A DNA stretch of 36,023 nucleotides from Candidatus Acidiferrum sp. (lineage in GTDB: Bacteria; Acidobacteriota; Terriglobia; Acidiferrales; UBA7541). The stretch's first letter is position 1. Each line of letters opens with the position of its first letter. This document shows positions 1 to 8,701 of this stretch, piece after piece. The stretch covers positions 1-36,023 of the forward strand of contig JBAVNY010000446.1 in NCBI GenBank assembly GCA_049691535.1, read 5' to 3'. Both the position numbers and the translations under genes were made by a program. Under the pieces are notes generated by a model. The model worked only from the letters and a program-made list of their open reading frames with translations, was not told the DNA's origin and did no database searches.

Positions 1-2694
1 TTCTTGTTGTGGTGCTGCCGGTTTCTCTTCCGGCGCCAGCTTCTCCCAATCGCACCCTTCCTTCAGGCACGCATGCACCGTCCCAATCTTGGTTTTCTTC
101 TCCACAATGAACGGCGCCCCGCACTTCGGGCACGGTTCCGGGATAGGCATAAACGGCGTCGTGAAATCACAATCCGGATACCGCGAGCATCCGTAAAACA
201 CGCGAAATCTTCCGCGTCCGCCCTTGCCCATGCTTCCGCGCTTCACAAATTCGCCTTCCACGCACTTCGGGCACTTGATGCCCATCGTAATCGGCCGCGT
301 GTACTTGCACTTCGGATATCCCGTGCAGCCGATGAACGTGCCGAATCGTCCGTGCTTCTTCACCAGGCCATTTCCGTCCAGCGGGCACTTCTCATCCAAT
401 GGCTCGTCGGGCTGCAGCGCAATTCTCGTGCCTTGCACCATGCGCCGCGTGGTCTTGCAATCGGGATAGCCGGTGCACGCCAGGAAAGTTCCAAATCGCC
501 CGCGCTTGATGGCCATCTCTTTTCCACAATTTTCACAATATTCCGTCTTATTCTCAGCGTCTTCTGGCAATTCTTCCGACATGTCTTGAATAAAATCGCA
601 ATCCGGATAGCGCGAACATCCCAAGAAGAATCCGTGCCGGCTGATGCGCTCCAGTAGTTCGCCTTCCCCGCACTTCTCGCATTTCTTGCCGGTCGGAATC
701 CCCGCTTTATACGACACCATCTCATCGCCGGCCTTATCCAGGTCCACAATGAATTTTTCCCAGAATTCCCGTACCGATTCTCGCCACGGCAGCTTGCCTT
801 CTTCAATCTCGTCCAATTCCTCTTCCAGTCGCGCCGTGAACTTCACGTCAAACACATCTTCAAAGCTCTTGATCAGCAGCACACACACCCGCTCGCCCAA
901 CATCGTTGGCGTGAATCGTCCCTGATCTTTCTTCACGTACTCTCGCTCCACGATCGTGGAAATAATCGAAGCGTACGTCGACGGCCGTCCGATTCCGTCC
1001 TCTTCCAACACCTTCACCAGCGTCGCTTCCGTATAGCGTGGCGGCGGCTCCGTGAAGTGCTGCTCCGGCCTAATCGACTCCAGCTTCAACAATTGGCCCT
1101 CGGTCACCCGTGGTAGTGCCTTGCCTTCGCCGTCATCATCCTTCTCATCGTCCTCGCGGTCCGTGGCCACCGTCGGAATCTGGTAAACCTTCAAATAGCC
1201 GTCAAACTTCAATATCGATCCGTTAGTCCGAAACATGTAATCGCCCGCTTCAATATCAATTGTTGTCTGGTCATACACCGCCGGCAACATCTGCGATGCC
1301 ACAAACCTCTGCCAGATCAATTGATACAGCTTGAAAACGTCGTCTTCCAGATACTTCCGCACATCTTCTGGCTTGCGCGCCACATCCGTTGGCCGCACCG
1401 CTTCGTGCGCGCCCTGCGCATCTTTCTTCGACTTGTAGAAGTTTGGTTTCTCTGGAAGATAATTCGATCCAAACTGTTGCGGAATGAATTCCCGCACCTG
1501 CTCCAGCGCGTCGTTGGAAACCTGCACCGAATCCGTGCGCATATACGTGATCAGCGCCACCGAACCCTCTTCGCCCAGTTCCACGCCTTCATACAATCTC
1601 TGTGCCAGCCCCATGGTGCGCTTCGCCGTAAACCGCAGTCGGTTATACGCGGCCTGTTGCAGCTTCGATGTGGTGAATGGCGGCGGCGCGTTCCGGCGCT
1701 TTTCCTTCAGTTGCACGCTGGCTACTTGCCATCTCACTTTGCTCACCGCGGCTACAATCGCATCCGCAGCTTCCTGATTATTGACCTCGATGTCTTCGCC
1801 CTTCTTCTTCGTCAGTCGTGCTTCAAATAACGGCGGTTCTCCGGCATCCAGCATCGCGTGGATCGTCCAATACTCCACCGGCACAAACGCGCGAATCTCC
1901 TGCTCGCGCTCCACGATCAATCGCAGTGCCACTGTCTGCACACGTCCCGCGCTCAATCCGCGCCGCACTTTGTCCCACAGCAGCGGCGAAATCTTATAGC
2001 CCACGATGCGATCCAGCACCCGGCGCGCCTGCTGCGCATCCACCAGGTCCCCATCCACCTGTCGCGGCTTCTCAAACGCCGCACGAATCGCCTTTGGCGT
2101 AATTTCGTTGAACGTCACCCGGAAAATTTTCTTGGGATCGATCGGCTCGATATCGATCTGGTCCTTCGGTTTTTCCTTTTTGCCCTTCTTCCCCTTGGCC
2201 GCGTCTTTCCCACTAGCCTCAGCTTCCGCGCCATCCGGTTTGGCCCCGTTCTTCTTGCTCTTCGGTTCGTCATCTTCCGGAATCAAAAACTTCGCCGGCT
2301 TCGACAAAACCATCGCCAGGTGCGCGGAGATCGCTTCTCCTTCGCGGTCCGGGTCGCCCGCCAGGTATACCGCATCGGCCGTACTCGCCGACTTTCTCAA
2401 ATCGTTTATGACTTTGCCTTTGCCCGGAATTACCTGCAGCGTGGGCTCGAAAATTCTTGGATCGTCCAGCGTCACTGGCTTGCGTGGTGGCTTCGGCGCT
2501 GCTGCCTTCGCGCCTTTCTTGCCTTTTTTCTTCTTAGGTTTTTCTTCTTCTTCGGGCAAACGAATCCCGATCGTCTTCGTCGGCAAATCCATGACGTGCC
2601 CAATCGAAGCCTTCACGGTGTAATTCTTCCCGAGATATTTATTAATCGTCTTCGCCTTCGCCGGCGACTCGACGATAACTAGTGAACGTGCCAT
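1..2694 (-). CDS. topA: DNA topoisomerase I (type IA), 3' end runs off the window
   Basis: Manual translation from ATG at 2694 gives MARSLVIVESPAKAKTINKYLG, Toprim DPDREGEAI, RVTFNEIT, SAGRVQ and active-site LITYMRTDS. There are five C-terminal zinc-ribbon repeats (CEKC..GCSRYPDC, CENC..ACTGYPDC, CPLD..GCTGYPKC, CPKC..GCSRYPDC, CPKC..ACLKEGC). The frame is consistent at every point checked down to position 1. It is probably absent from the ORF track because no stop lies in the window. Confidence 0.97.
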   Translation of the reverse strand, partial: MARSLVIVESPAKAKTINKYLGKNYTVKASIGHVMDLPTKTIGIRLPEEEEKPKKKKGKKGAKAAAPKPPRKPVTLDDPRIFEPTLQVIPGKGKVINDLRKSASTADAVYLAGDPDREGEAISAHLAMVLSKPAKFLIPEDDEPKSKKNGAKPDGAEAEASGKDAAKGKKGKKEKPKDQIDIEPIDPKKIFRVTFNEITPKAIRAAFEKPRQVDGDLVDAQQARRVLDRIVGYKISPLLWDKVRRGLSAGRVQTVALRLIVEREQEIRAFVPVEYWTIHAMLDAGEPPLFEARLTKKKGEDIEVNNQEAADAIVAAVSKVRWQVASVQLKEKRRNAPPPFTTSKLQQAAYNRLRFTAKRTMGLAQRLYEGVELGEEGSVALITYMRTDSVQVSNDALEQVREFIPQQFGSNYLPEKPNFYKSKKDAQGAHEAVRPTDVARKPEDVRKYLEDDVFKLYQLIWQRFVASQMLPAVYDQTTIDIEAGDYMFRTNGSILKFDGYLKVYQIPTVATDREDDEKDDDGEGKALPRVTEGQLLKLESIRPEQHFTEPPPRYTEATLVKVLEEDGIGRPSTYASIISTIVEREYVKKDQGRFTPTMLGERVCVLLIKSFEDVFDVKFTARLEEELDEIEEGKLPWRESVREFWEKFIVDLDKAGDEMVSYKAGIPTGKKCEKCGEGELLERISRHGFFLGCSRYPDCDFIQDMSEELPEDAENKTEYCENCGKEMAIKRGRFGTFLACTGYPDCKTTRRMVQGTRIALQPDEPLDEKCPLDGNGLVKKHGRFGTFIGCTGYPKCKYTRPITMGIKCPKCVEGEFVKRGSMGKGGRGRFRVFYGCSRYPDCDFTTPFMPIPEPCPKCGAPFIVEKKTKIGTVHACLKEGCDWEKLAPEEKPAAPQQE

Positions 2695-2864
2695 GTTGTC
2701 CTTTGTAACCCGGATTCTTCCCCAGGAAGAGTCCGCAGGGCGGGGGTGGTGTCCTTCTCGCTACCTTTATATAGCTTCCTGCTCGTTCCCTCTCGTCTGT
2801 CCCAGATGCTCCCGGTCGGCATCCGGGTGCATTTTGTTTGCACCTGCCGCGCTAAGTCCGTTCT

Positions 2865-3988
2865 TTACAATAATACCTTGCTGAACTGTTTTCCCGGCAA
2901 TTGCCGGACAATCCCGCGCATCTCCAAGTCAAAGAGCGTAGCCAGAACATCGCTAGAGTTCAAGCCGCTCGTTTCCACCAGGTCGTCGATGTGCCGCGAT
3001 TCTTCCGCGCTCAACCGCTCGTAAAGCTTTTTCGCTGTTGGGTTTAGCCCTTCCTCCAACGGCAAATCCCGCTGCGCCGATTCCACCACTTCCGCCTGCA
3101 CCAAAGCCGCCTGCAGCGGAGTTGGCAGCTCTTCAATCACATCTTCCGCGCTGGTCACCAGTTTTGCTCCCTGTTTAATCAATTGGTTCGGCGCAAAGCT
3201 TACTTCCTGCGTAACGTTGCCCGGCACTCCAAAAACTTCTCGTCCAAACTCCATCGCCAGCCTCGCCGTGATCAGCGACCCGCTATATTGCTTGCCTTCC
3301 ACGATCACCACGCCCAGCGGCATTCCCGCAATAATCCGGTTCCTCACCGGGAAATTCTCTGGCGCCGGATGCGACCCGATCGGCAGTTCGCTCACAATCA
3401 CTCCCCGCTCCAGCACTTTTTCGTAGAGCTTCTTGTTTTCCTTCGGGTACCACACATCGATTCCCGTCCCGATCACGCCAATCGCTCGTCCACCAACCGC
3501 CGTCGCTCCAGTATGTCCAACGCATCGATTCCTCGCGCCAGCCCACTCACAATCGTCAATCCTCGCGACGCCAAATCCCGCCCCATGCGTTCTGCCATTT
3601 GCGAACCATACAGCGTCGGCCGCCGCGTCCCCACAATGCTCAAACTCGGCGAATTCAAGATGCTGGCATCCCCATGCACATACAACATTACCGGTGGGTC
3701 ATAAATCTGTAGCAAATTCTGCGGATACTCCGGCTCTTTCCAGTTCACCAGCTTGCACCCAATCCGCCGGATTGCCGCCACTTCCTTTTCCGCTCGCCAG
3801 AATGTTTGCTTCTTGAAGATCGCCTGCGCCGCGGGCGCTGGCACGTTGCACGCTTCCAATCCCGTCAAACTCGCACGGAACACGCCTTCCGGCGATCCAA
3901 ATTCCCGCAGCAATCGCGCAGGCAGACGCGCCGCGATGCCCGGCGTCATCGTCATGGCCAGCCACGAGAGGGAAGCTTCTGGCTCCAT
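2865..3988 (-). pseudogene. dprA: DNA-processing protein DprA/Smf, split by a 1-nt frameshift at ~3520 (pseudogene or sequence error)
   Basis: ORF 3473-3988 encodes the N-half (YPQNLLQIYDPP, IVGTRRPT, IVSGLARGIDA). ORF 2865-3476 encodes the C-half (GTGIDVWYPKEN, FPVRNRII, SGSLITA, winged-helix tail). Adding one base after GAT GCG restores IDAxGHTGATAVGGRAIGVIGTG. dprA-topA is a common gene order. Confidence 0.9.
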
Positions 3989-4114
3989 TCCTTTCGAGCG
4001 TAGTTGTACGTAACCAGAATGTTAAGTGAACATGCCATCATCAGAACGACTCAGCGAGTCTCAGCGCCCTCTGCGTCTCCCCGTTATCCTTTTTCTTTCT
4101 TTCCTTGCCATTCC

Positions 4115-4157
4115 AAAAAGAAAAAGCCCCCAAGCTACTCTCGCAGCCTGGGGGCCT
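4115..4157 (-). terminator. Rho-independent terminator of the phosphoesterase gene
   Basis: Minus strand reads GCCCCCAGGCTGC-GAGA-GTAGCTTGGGGGC (13-bp stem with two G.U pairs, GNRA loop) followed by TTTTTCTTTTT, ~27 nt after the stop at 4183. Confidence 0.88.
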
Positions 4158-4182
4158 TCTCGGCTCTTAACGTTGCAGCGTT

Positions 4183-6312
4183 CTAGTTATCCCCGCCGCC
4201 TTCTCCACCGTGATCAAAGTTGAACAGATCAAACAGGTCGCTGATCGCCGGCGTATTTTCCGGCACATACGGATTGTCGTCATCCACCTTTGGGTTTGGC
4301 AGATTGTCGCGGCTGCGTCCGCTGATTGTCGACAGGTTCCAGTTCCGTTCAATGAACTTCAGAATCGAAACGTGGTCCGAGTAGTTGTGCGAAATGTGTC
4401 CTGGCTTGGTGTATGGCGAAACCACGATCAGTGGAATGCGCGTCCCGTCTCCAAAAAAGTCCAACGGTTGCACATACCCGGAATCGTAATAGCCTCCACC
4501 TTCGTCCGTCGTGACAAAAATCGCTGTGCTTGCCCACAACTCTTTGTTGTCTTTCACTGCATCCACGATCTTCTTCACGAACCCTTCATACAGGTCCCAC
4601 TTCGACGATGCCGGGTGACCATCCACCCAGCCACTTGGCTTTACAAATGACACCGCTGGCAACGTCCCTGCCTTGATGTCTGCGTACAAGTCTGTCGTGT
4701 CCAGTATGTGGGTCGTCCGGACCTTTGCGTCCGCCATGATTTGCGTCTGGTATTGAAACCCGTTGCAGATATTGCAGTACTGGTCGCTGTTCGCCCCCAC
4801 TGTCCCGTAGTTCAGTTGATATTTATCCCCAGGAAACCCATGCAGTCCAACATATTGATTCCACTGGTCATTGTAGCTCTTCCACGATACGCCGCCCGCG
4901 ATCAACACATCCGCGATGCTGTGCTGCGACGTGGGAGGAATCGTAAATGGTGTGTTGTCCGCGTTGTGATCCAGATACGCATCCGACCCATCGCCGAAGT
5001 ATCCCGGGTTGTAGTTGTTCAACAGGTAGTAGTGGCCGGCGTCGCAATTCGGCTTGATCGGCCGAGGCAGCGAAGCGAGGTAATCCAGAATCGGTCCCAC
5101 ACCAGGCTGCGACGCATCCGAGCAGTTGCTGTACGACCCGCCGCCGTAAACGCCCGTCGACGCGCCATTGTTTCCGAAACCGCCGTATCCATCGTCAATC
5201 CACCAGTTGTTGGTTCCCGGTACTGGATTCGGATTTTCGACTTCATCCACCGGCCCGCCAGCCCAAATTGTCTGGTTGTGGGGAGGAACCGTATTGCCCG
5301 CCTCATCCTTGAACCAGATCGCATCGCCAAAGAACAAAATGATGCTGTCGAGTCCCGTGCCGCCCATCGCCGGCTGGTGATAGTTGTCGCTGATCGCGTA
5401 ATGATCCGCCAGATACTTCGTATACGGCGCATCGCCATTCAGCATGTTGTAAAAACCCATCGACGTCGCGCCTTCGCCCGTCGTCTTCGCCGTCGGTGAA
5501 TAATCCGTACTGAAGTTCGATGGTTGCGTCACGCCGTTCACGTTCGATCCCACCGTCACTTCCGTCCATGTGAACAAGTCCGCTTTGCATCCACTCGGAT
5601 TTTTCCACGTGGCATGCTTCGCGCTGCAGTCTTCCTGCTGCCACATCTGGTAAAAGCGGTGCACCGGGCTGGCCGCATACGAATCATTCGTAAACGGATT
5701 CGTGCTCTTCGTGTCGGTCAGCTGAAACGGCCCCGGAAGCAGCGTCGAATAAGGCGCAGTGTCGTTCACGCCCTCAATCCGGCTGTCCGGAACTTTCCCT
5801 GTCAAATTCGTTCCGCCCGTCGTCAGATAGCCGTAATAAGTCTTGTCCGGCAAACCGTTCTCGGAATTCTCCGCGTCGGTTAATGAACAGATTCCATTGT
5901 TCTTGCACACATCCGTCGGTCCGCCATTCAGCGGCGCCGGCAGCACCGAATACAGAGTCTTGCTGCTGGGGCTTGGATTGTACGTCGGGTCTCCTGTCAC
6001 GTCCGCCGAATATTGCCACGCCTTATGAAATTCGGTCCCCGGCGTTCCATCTTCCTTGATGATCTTCTTCGACAGCAAGTTTTCCACATGCTCGCCGTCT
6101 TTCGGCTTGTACGTGGCAAAGATGTGATCGAACGTTCTGTTTTCCCCTACGATCACGATCACGTGCTTGATGGGCGATTTGGTTTTTGCTTCTTCGTTCG
6201 CTTGCGCTGGGCTGGTCAATGGCCCCAGCAAGCTGAACTGCACCATGGCCACCGTTGCCAGGCACAGCTTTGCTCCGGACAGCACTTGGGCTGCGGATTT
6301 TTTAAAGGTCAT
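4183..6312 (-). CDS. Secreted phosphoesterase (phospholipase C / AcpA acid phosphatase family)
   Basis: 709 aa with a signal peptide ending AQA. Motifs: IKHVIVIVGENRTFDH, DNYHQPAMGGT (putative Thr nucleophile), DGHP, TTDEGGGYYD, GTRIPLIVVSPY, DHVSILKFIE. Confidence 0.88.
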   Translation of the reverse strand: MTFKKSAAQVLSGAKLCLATVAMVQFSLLGPLTSPAQANEEAKTKSPIKHVIVIVGENRTFDHIFATYKPKDGEHVENLLSKKIIKEDGTPGTEFHKAWQYSADVTGDPTYNPSPSSKTLYSVLPAPLNGGPTDVCKNNGICSLTDAENSENGLPDKTYYGYLTTGGTNLTGKVPDSRIEGVNDTAPYSTLLPGPFQLTDTKSTNPFTNDSYAASPVHRFYQMWQQEDCSAKHATWKNPSGCKADLFTWTEVTVGSNVNGVTQPSNFSTDYSPTAKTTGEGATSMGFYNMLNGDAPYTKYLADHYAISDNYHQPAMGGTGLDSIILFFGDAIWFKDEAGNTVPPHNQTIWAGGPVDEVENPNPVPGTNNWWIDDGYGGFGNNGASTGVYGGGSYSNCSDASQPGVGPILDYLASLPRPIKPNCDAGHYYLLNNYNPGYFGDGSDAYLDHNADNTPFTIPPTSQHSIADVLIAGGVSWKSYNDQWNQYVGLHGFPGDKYQLNYGTVGANSDQYCNICNGFQYQTQIMADAKVRTTHILDTTDLYADIKAGTLPAVSFVKPSGWVDGHPASSKWDLYEGFVKKIVDAVKDNKELWASTAIFVTTDEGGGYYDSGYVQPLDFFGDGTRIPLIVVSPYTKPGHISHNYSDHVSILKFIERNWNLSTISGRSRDNLPNPKVDDDNPYVPENTPAISDLFDLFNFDHGGEGGGDN

Positions 6313-6622
6313 ACTTTTCCTCTCTTATTTTCTTCTGCGACTACCAACTGGGTAGCGCACACAGTGCTCCGCCAGCATTGCGGAGAGATTCTTTCTATAT
6401 AAATTCCCTGTAACACTTAGTACGCAGACCCTTACTAGTCCCCAGCGATTCGTTTGAGCTTATGTAGGTACCTGGCTTTAGCCAGGCACCGTACCTATCT
6501 CCAACCGTCGAAAACCTCGGTCTGAATACCCCCCTAAAACCCCTCGGGGTGGGGGTATCTCCTCGTTATCATCCCCTCGCCTTCCGTGTTGAATCCTCTT
6601 CTTCCCCCGATAAACTTCTCTC

Positions 6623-8101
6623 ATGCCTGCCCTTTTCCGATTTCCAGCCAATCGTGTCGCTGTCCTCTCGCTTTTCGCCGTGCTCTTGCTTTGGCCTTCG
6701 ATCTCCTCGGCCCAGCAGCACTGGTCCCTCGAAGACACCCTGGTCATCACCGACGTCAACGTCGTCGACGTCCGCACCGGCGAGATTCGCCGCGACCAGA
6801 TCGTCATCATCGAGCGCGATCGCATCAATGCCGTCGGCGGCAAGGGCACTCGCTACCCGCGCAATGCCCCCAGCGTCAGCGCAAAGGGCGGCTACCTTAT
6901 CCCCGGCCTTTGGGACATGCACGTCCATCTCACCTTTGGCGACTGGTTTCCCCTCGCCCAGGAAATTTCCTTGCCGCTTTTCGTGGCCAATGGCGTCACC
7001 AGCGTGCGCGATATGGGCAGCAATTTCGAAACTATTCAATCCTGGCGCAATGAAATCGAGGGTGGGCGGCTCATTGGCCCACGCATCCTTACCTCGGGGC
7101 CCATGCTCGACGGCCCCAAGCCGCGCTTCCCCGATTCCATCGCCGTCACCACTCCCGAAGATGGCGCCCGCGCCGTCGACGAACTGAAACGTCGTGGCGT
7201 CGACTTCATCAAGCTGCAATCGCTCATCCCTCGCGACGCTGTCTTCGCCATTGCCGCCGAAGCCAAGAAACAGGAAATTCCTTTTGTAGGCCACGTTCCC
7301 GATTCCGTTCGCGCCAGCGAAATGTCCGCCGCGGGAATGCACAGTTTCGAGCATCTCATCGGTATTTTTGAAGGCAGCTCGCCGCTCGAAGATCAGTTCC
7401 TCAAAGGCGATAAGAGCGAATCCAAATTTCTCGCCAGTTACGATCCTGCGCGCGCTTCCGTCCTCGCTACCACTCTCGCGCAGAGTCAGACCTGGCAATG
7501 TCCCACACTCGTCTGGGAACGTGGCGGCAATCTTCTCGATGTCACCGATTTCAGTAACGATCCACGCGCGAAATATGTTCCGGCCTACTGGAAGGATAAA
7601 ACCTGGAAGCAATTTTCAGCTGAGGTTCTAAAAGAATTCAACACCGATGATCTGGAGACCCGCCAAAGGTTCGTCGAGAAAGAACTGCAAGTCGTGCAAA
7701 CGCTCCACAAAGCGGGCGTGCCTTTTCTCGCTGGTACCGACACTCCGCCCGGCGTCTATATTTTCCCCGGCTTCAGCCTGCACGAAGAATTGCAACGCTT
7801 CGTTGCCGCAGGATTCACGCCGCTCGAAGCATTGCAAACCGCCACCCTCAACCCTGCTCGCTTCTTTCAGATGGAAGGTGAGCTCGGCACCATCGAAACG
7901 GGGAAGCTCGCAGACATGATTCTGCTCGACGCCAACCCACTCGACGATATCCGCAATACACAGAAAATTGCCGCGGTCATGATGAATGGACGCTACTTCT
8001 CTCGCGCAGACCTGCAAAGGCTGTTGCAGAAAGTAGAAGCATCCGCCAAGCAGGATCCACCGCCGTCGCCCACAGCCGCTCAGACCAACAGCATCTTCTG
8101 A
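6623..8101 (+). CDS. Secreted metal-dependent amidohydrolase (Amidohydro_1 family)
   Basis: 492 aa with a hydrophobic signal peptide ending SSA. It has PGLWDMHVH (HxH), FIKL, VGHV, FEHL and AGTD metal-ligand motifs, plus a GTIETGKLADMILLDANPL tail. Confidence 0.9.
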   Translation: MPALFRFPANRVAVLSLFAVLLLWPSISSAQQHWSLEDTLVITDVNVVDVRTGEIRRDQIVIIERDRINAVGGKGTRYPRNAPSVSAKGGYLIPGLWDMHVHLTFGDWFPLAQEISLPLFVANGVTSVRDMGSNFETIQSWRNEIEGGRLIGPRILTSGPMLDGPKPRFPDSIAVTTPEDGARAVDELKRRGVDFIKLQSLIPRDAVFAIAAEAKKQEIPFVGHVPDSVRASEMSAAGMHSFEHLIGIFEGSSPLEDQFLKGDKSESKFLASYDPARASVLATTLAQSQTWQCPTLVWERGGNLLDVTDFSNDPRAKYVPAYWKDKTWKQFSAEVLKEFNTDDLETRQRFVEKELQVVQTLHKAGVPFLAGTDTPPGVYIFPGFSLHEELQRFVAAGFTPLEALQTATLNPARFFQMEGELGTIETGKLADMILLDANPLDDIRNTQKIAAVMMNGRYFSRADLQRLLQKVEASAKQDPPPSPTAAQTNSIF

Positions 8102-8141
8102 GTGAAACAGGTCACCCACCCGCCGCCCCCGAATGCTGCAT

Positions 8142-8609
8142 TTACTTCGCTTGCAGTGTCTTCAGATAGCTCACCAGATTCGCGATGCGCTGTTCCTGTT
8201 TAATCGTATCTGTAGGCTCCAGCCCGCTTAGCACATTTCCCCACACCGGCATTTCGCTTGAACCATGCGCCGCTGCTTTTGTGCCAAAGTGCAAGATCGC
8301 CCAGACGTGGTCCGATGGGAATTCCCCATGATTGTTCTTCGCCAGCATCGTCAGATCGGCCGGTGGAACTTTGAACGAGCTTGCTGCCGGCCCGTTGCCC
8401 TTGGCATCCGCTCCGTGACATGCAGAGCAGTAGCTCGCGAACATCTCTTTGCCCGAACTTGCGTCGGTCTGCCCGATTGGCACCTTTTTAATGTTTTTAT
8501 CCTGCGTGGAAGCATTGCTCGCAAAAATCAGAAAAGCAGCCGCCAAGGCCCCCGAAATTAGTAGACGTAGCGCGGTCCGCGCGCCAGCATGATTTGTAAG
8601 AGAAAACAT
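8142..8609 (-). CDS. Periplasmic monoheme class I cytochrome c
   Basis: ATG 8609 is preceded by a GAGGTG RBS. Signal-like N-terminus, single CSACH motif, and distal Met in SSEMPVWG. Confidence 0.88.
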   Translation of the reverse strand: MFSLTNHAGARTALRLLISGALAAAFLIFASNASTQDKNIKKVPIGQTDASSGKEMFASYCSACHGADAKGNGPAASSFKVPPADLTMLAKNNHGEFPSDHVWAILHFGTKAAAHGSSEMPVWGNVLSGLEPTDTIKQEQRIANLVSYLKTLQAK

Positions 8610-8653
8610 CAAGTCACCTCTCACAAGGAATACGCCCCCGGGCACGCGGGTAC

Positions 8654-8691
8654 CGTGATGTCCGTCACATTTTGCTGTGATGTATGGAACA
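8654..8691. promoter_or_regulatory. Tandem CRP/FNR-family-like boxes upstream of cytochrome c
   Basis: cGTGA-tgtccg-TCACA (8654-8669, 9/10 match to TGTGA-N6-TCACA) and TGTGA-tgtatg-gaACA (8676-8691, 8/10), 22 bp apart. Confidence 0.5.
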
Positions 8692-8701
8692 AAACCGCGG
8701 T

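Noticed and set aside
4..2682. Plus-strand ORFs of up to 274 aa in the ORF track
   Set aside because: Antisense shadows of topA with no recognisable motifs.
3510..3530. Programmed ribosomal frameshift or phase variation in dprA
   Set aside because: No slippery heptamer, homopolymer or simple repeat at the break.
6518..6528. CGGTCTGAATA as a fifth FadR box (also the half-site CCGACCA at 15386)
   Set aside because: Three or more mismatches and loss of the palindrome.
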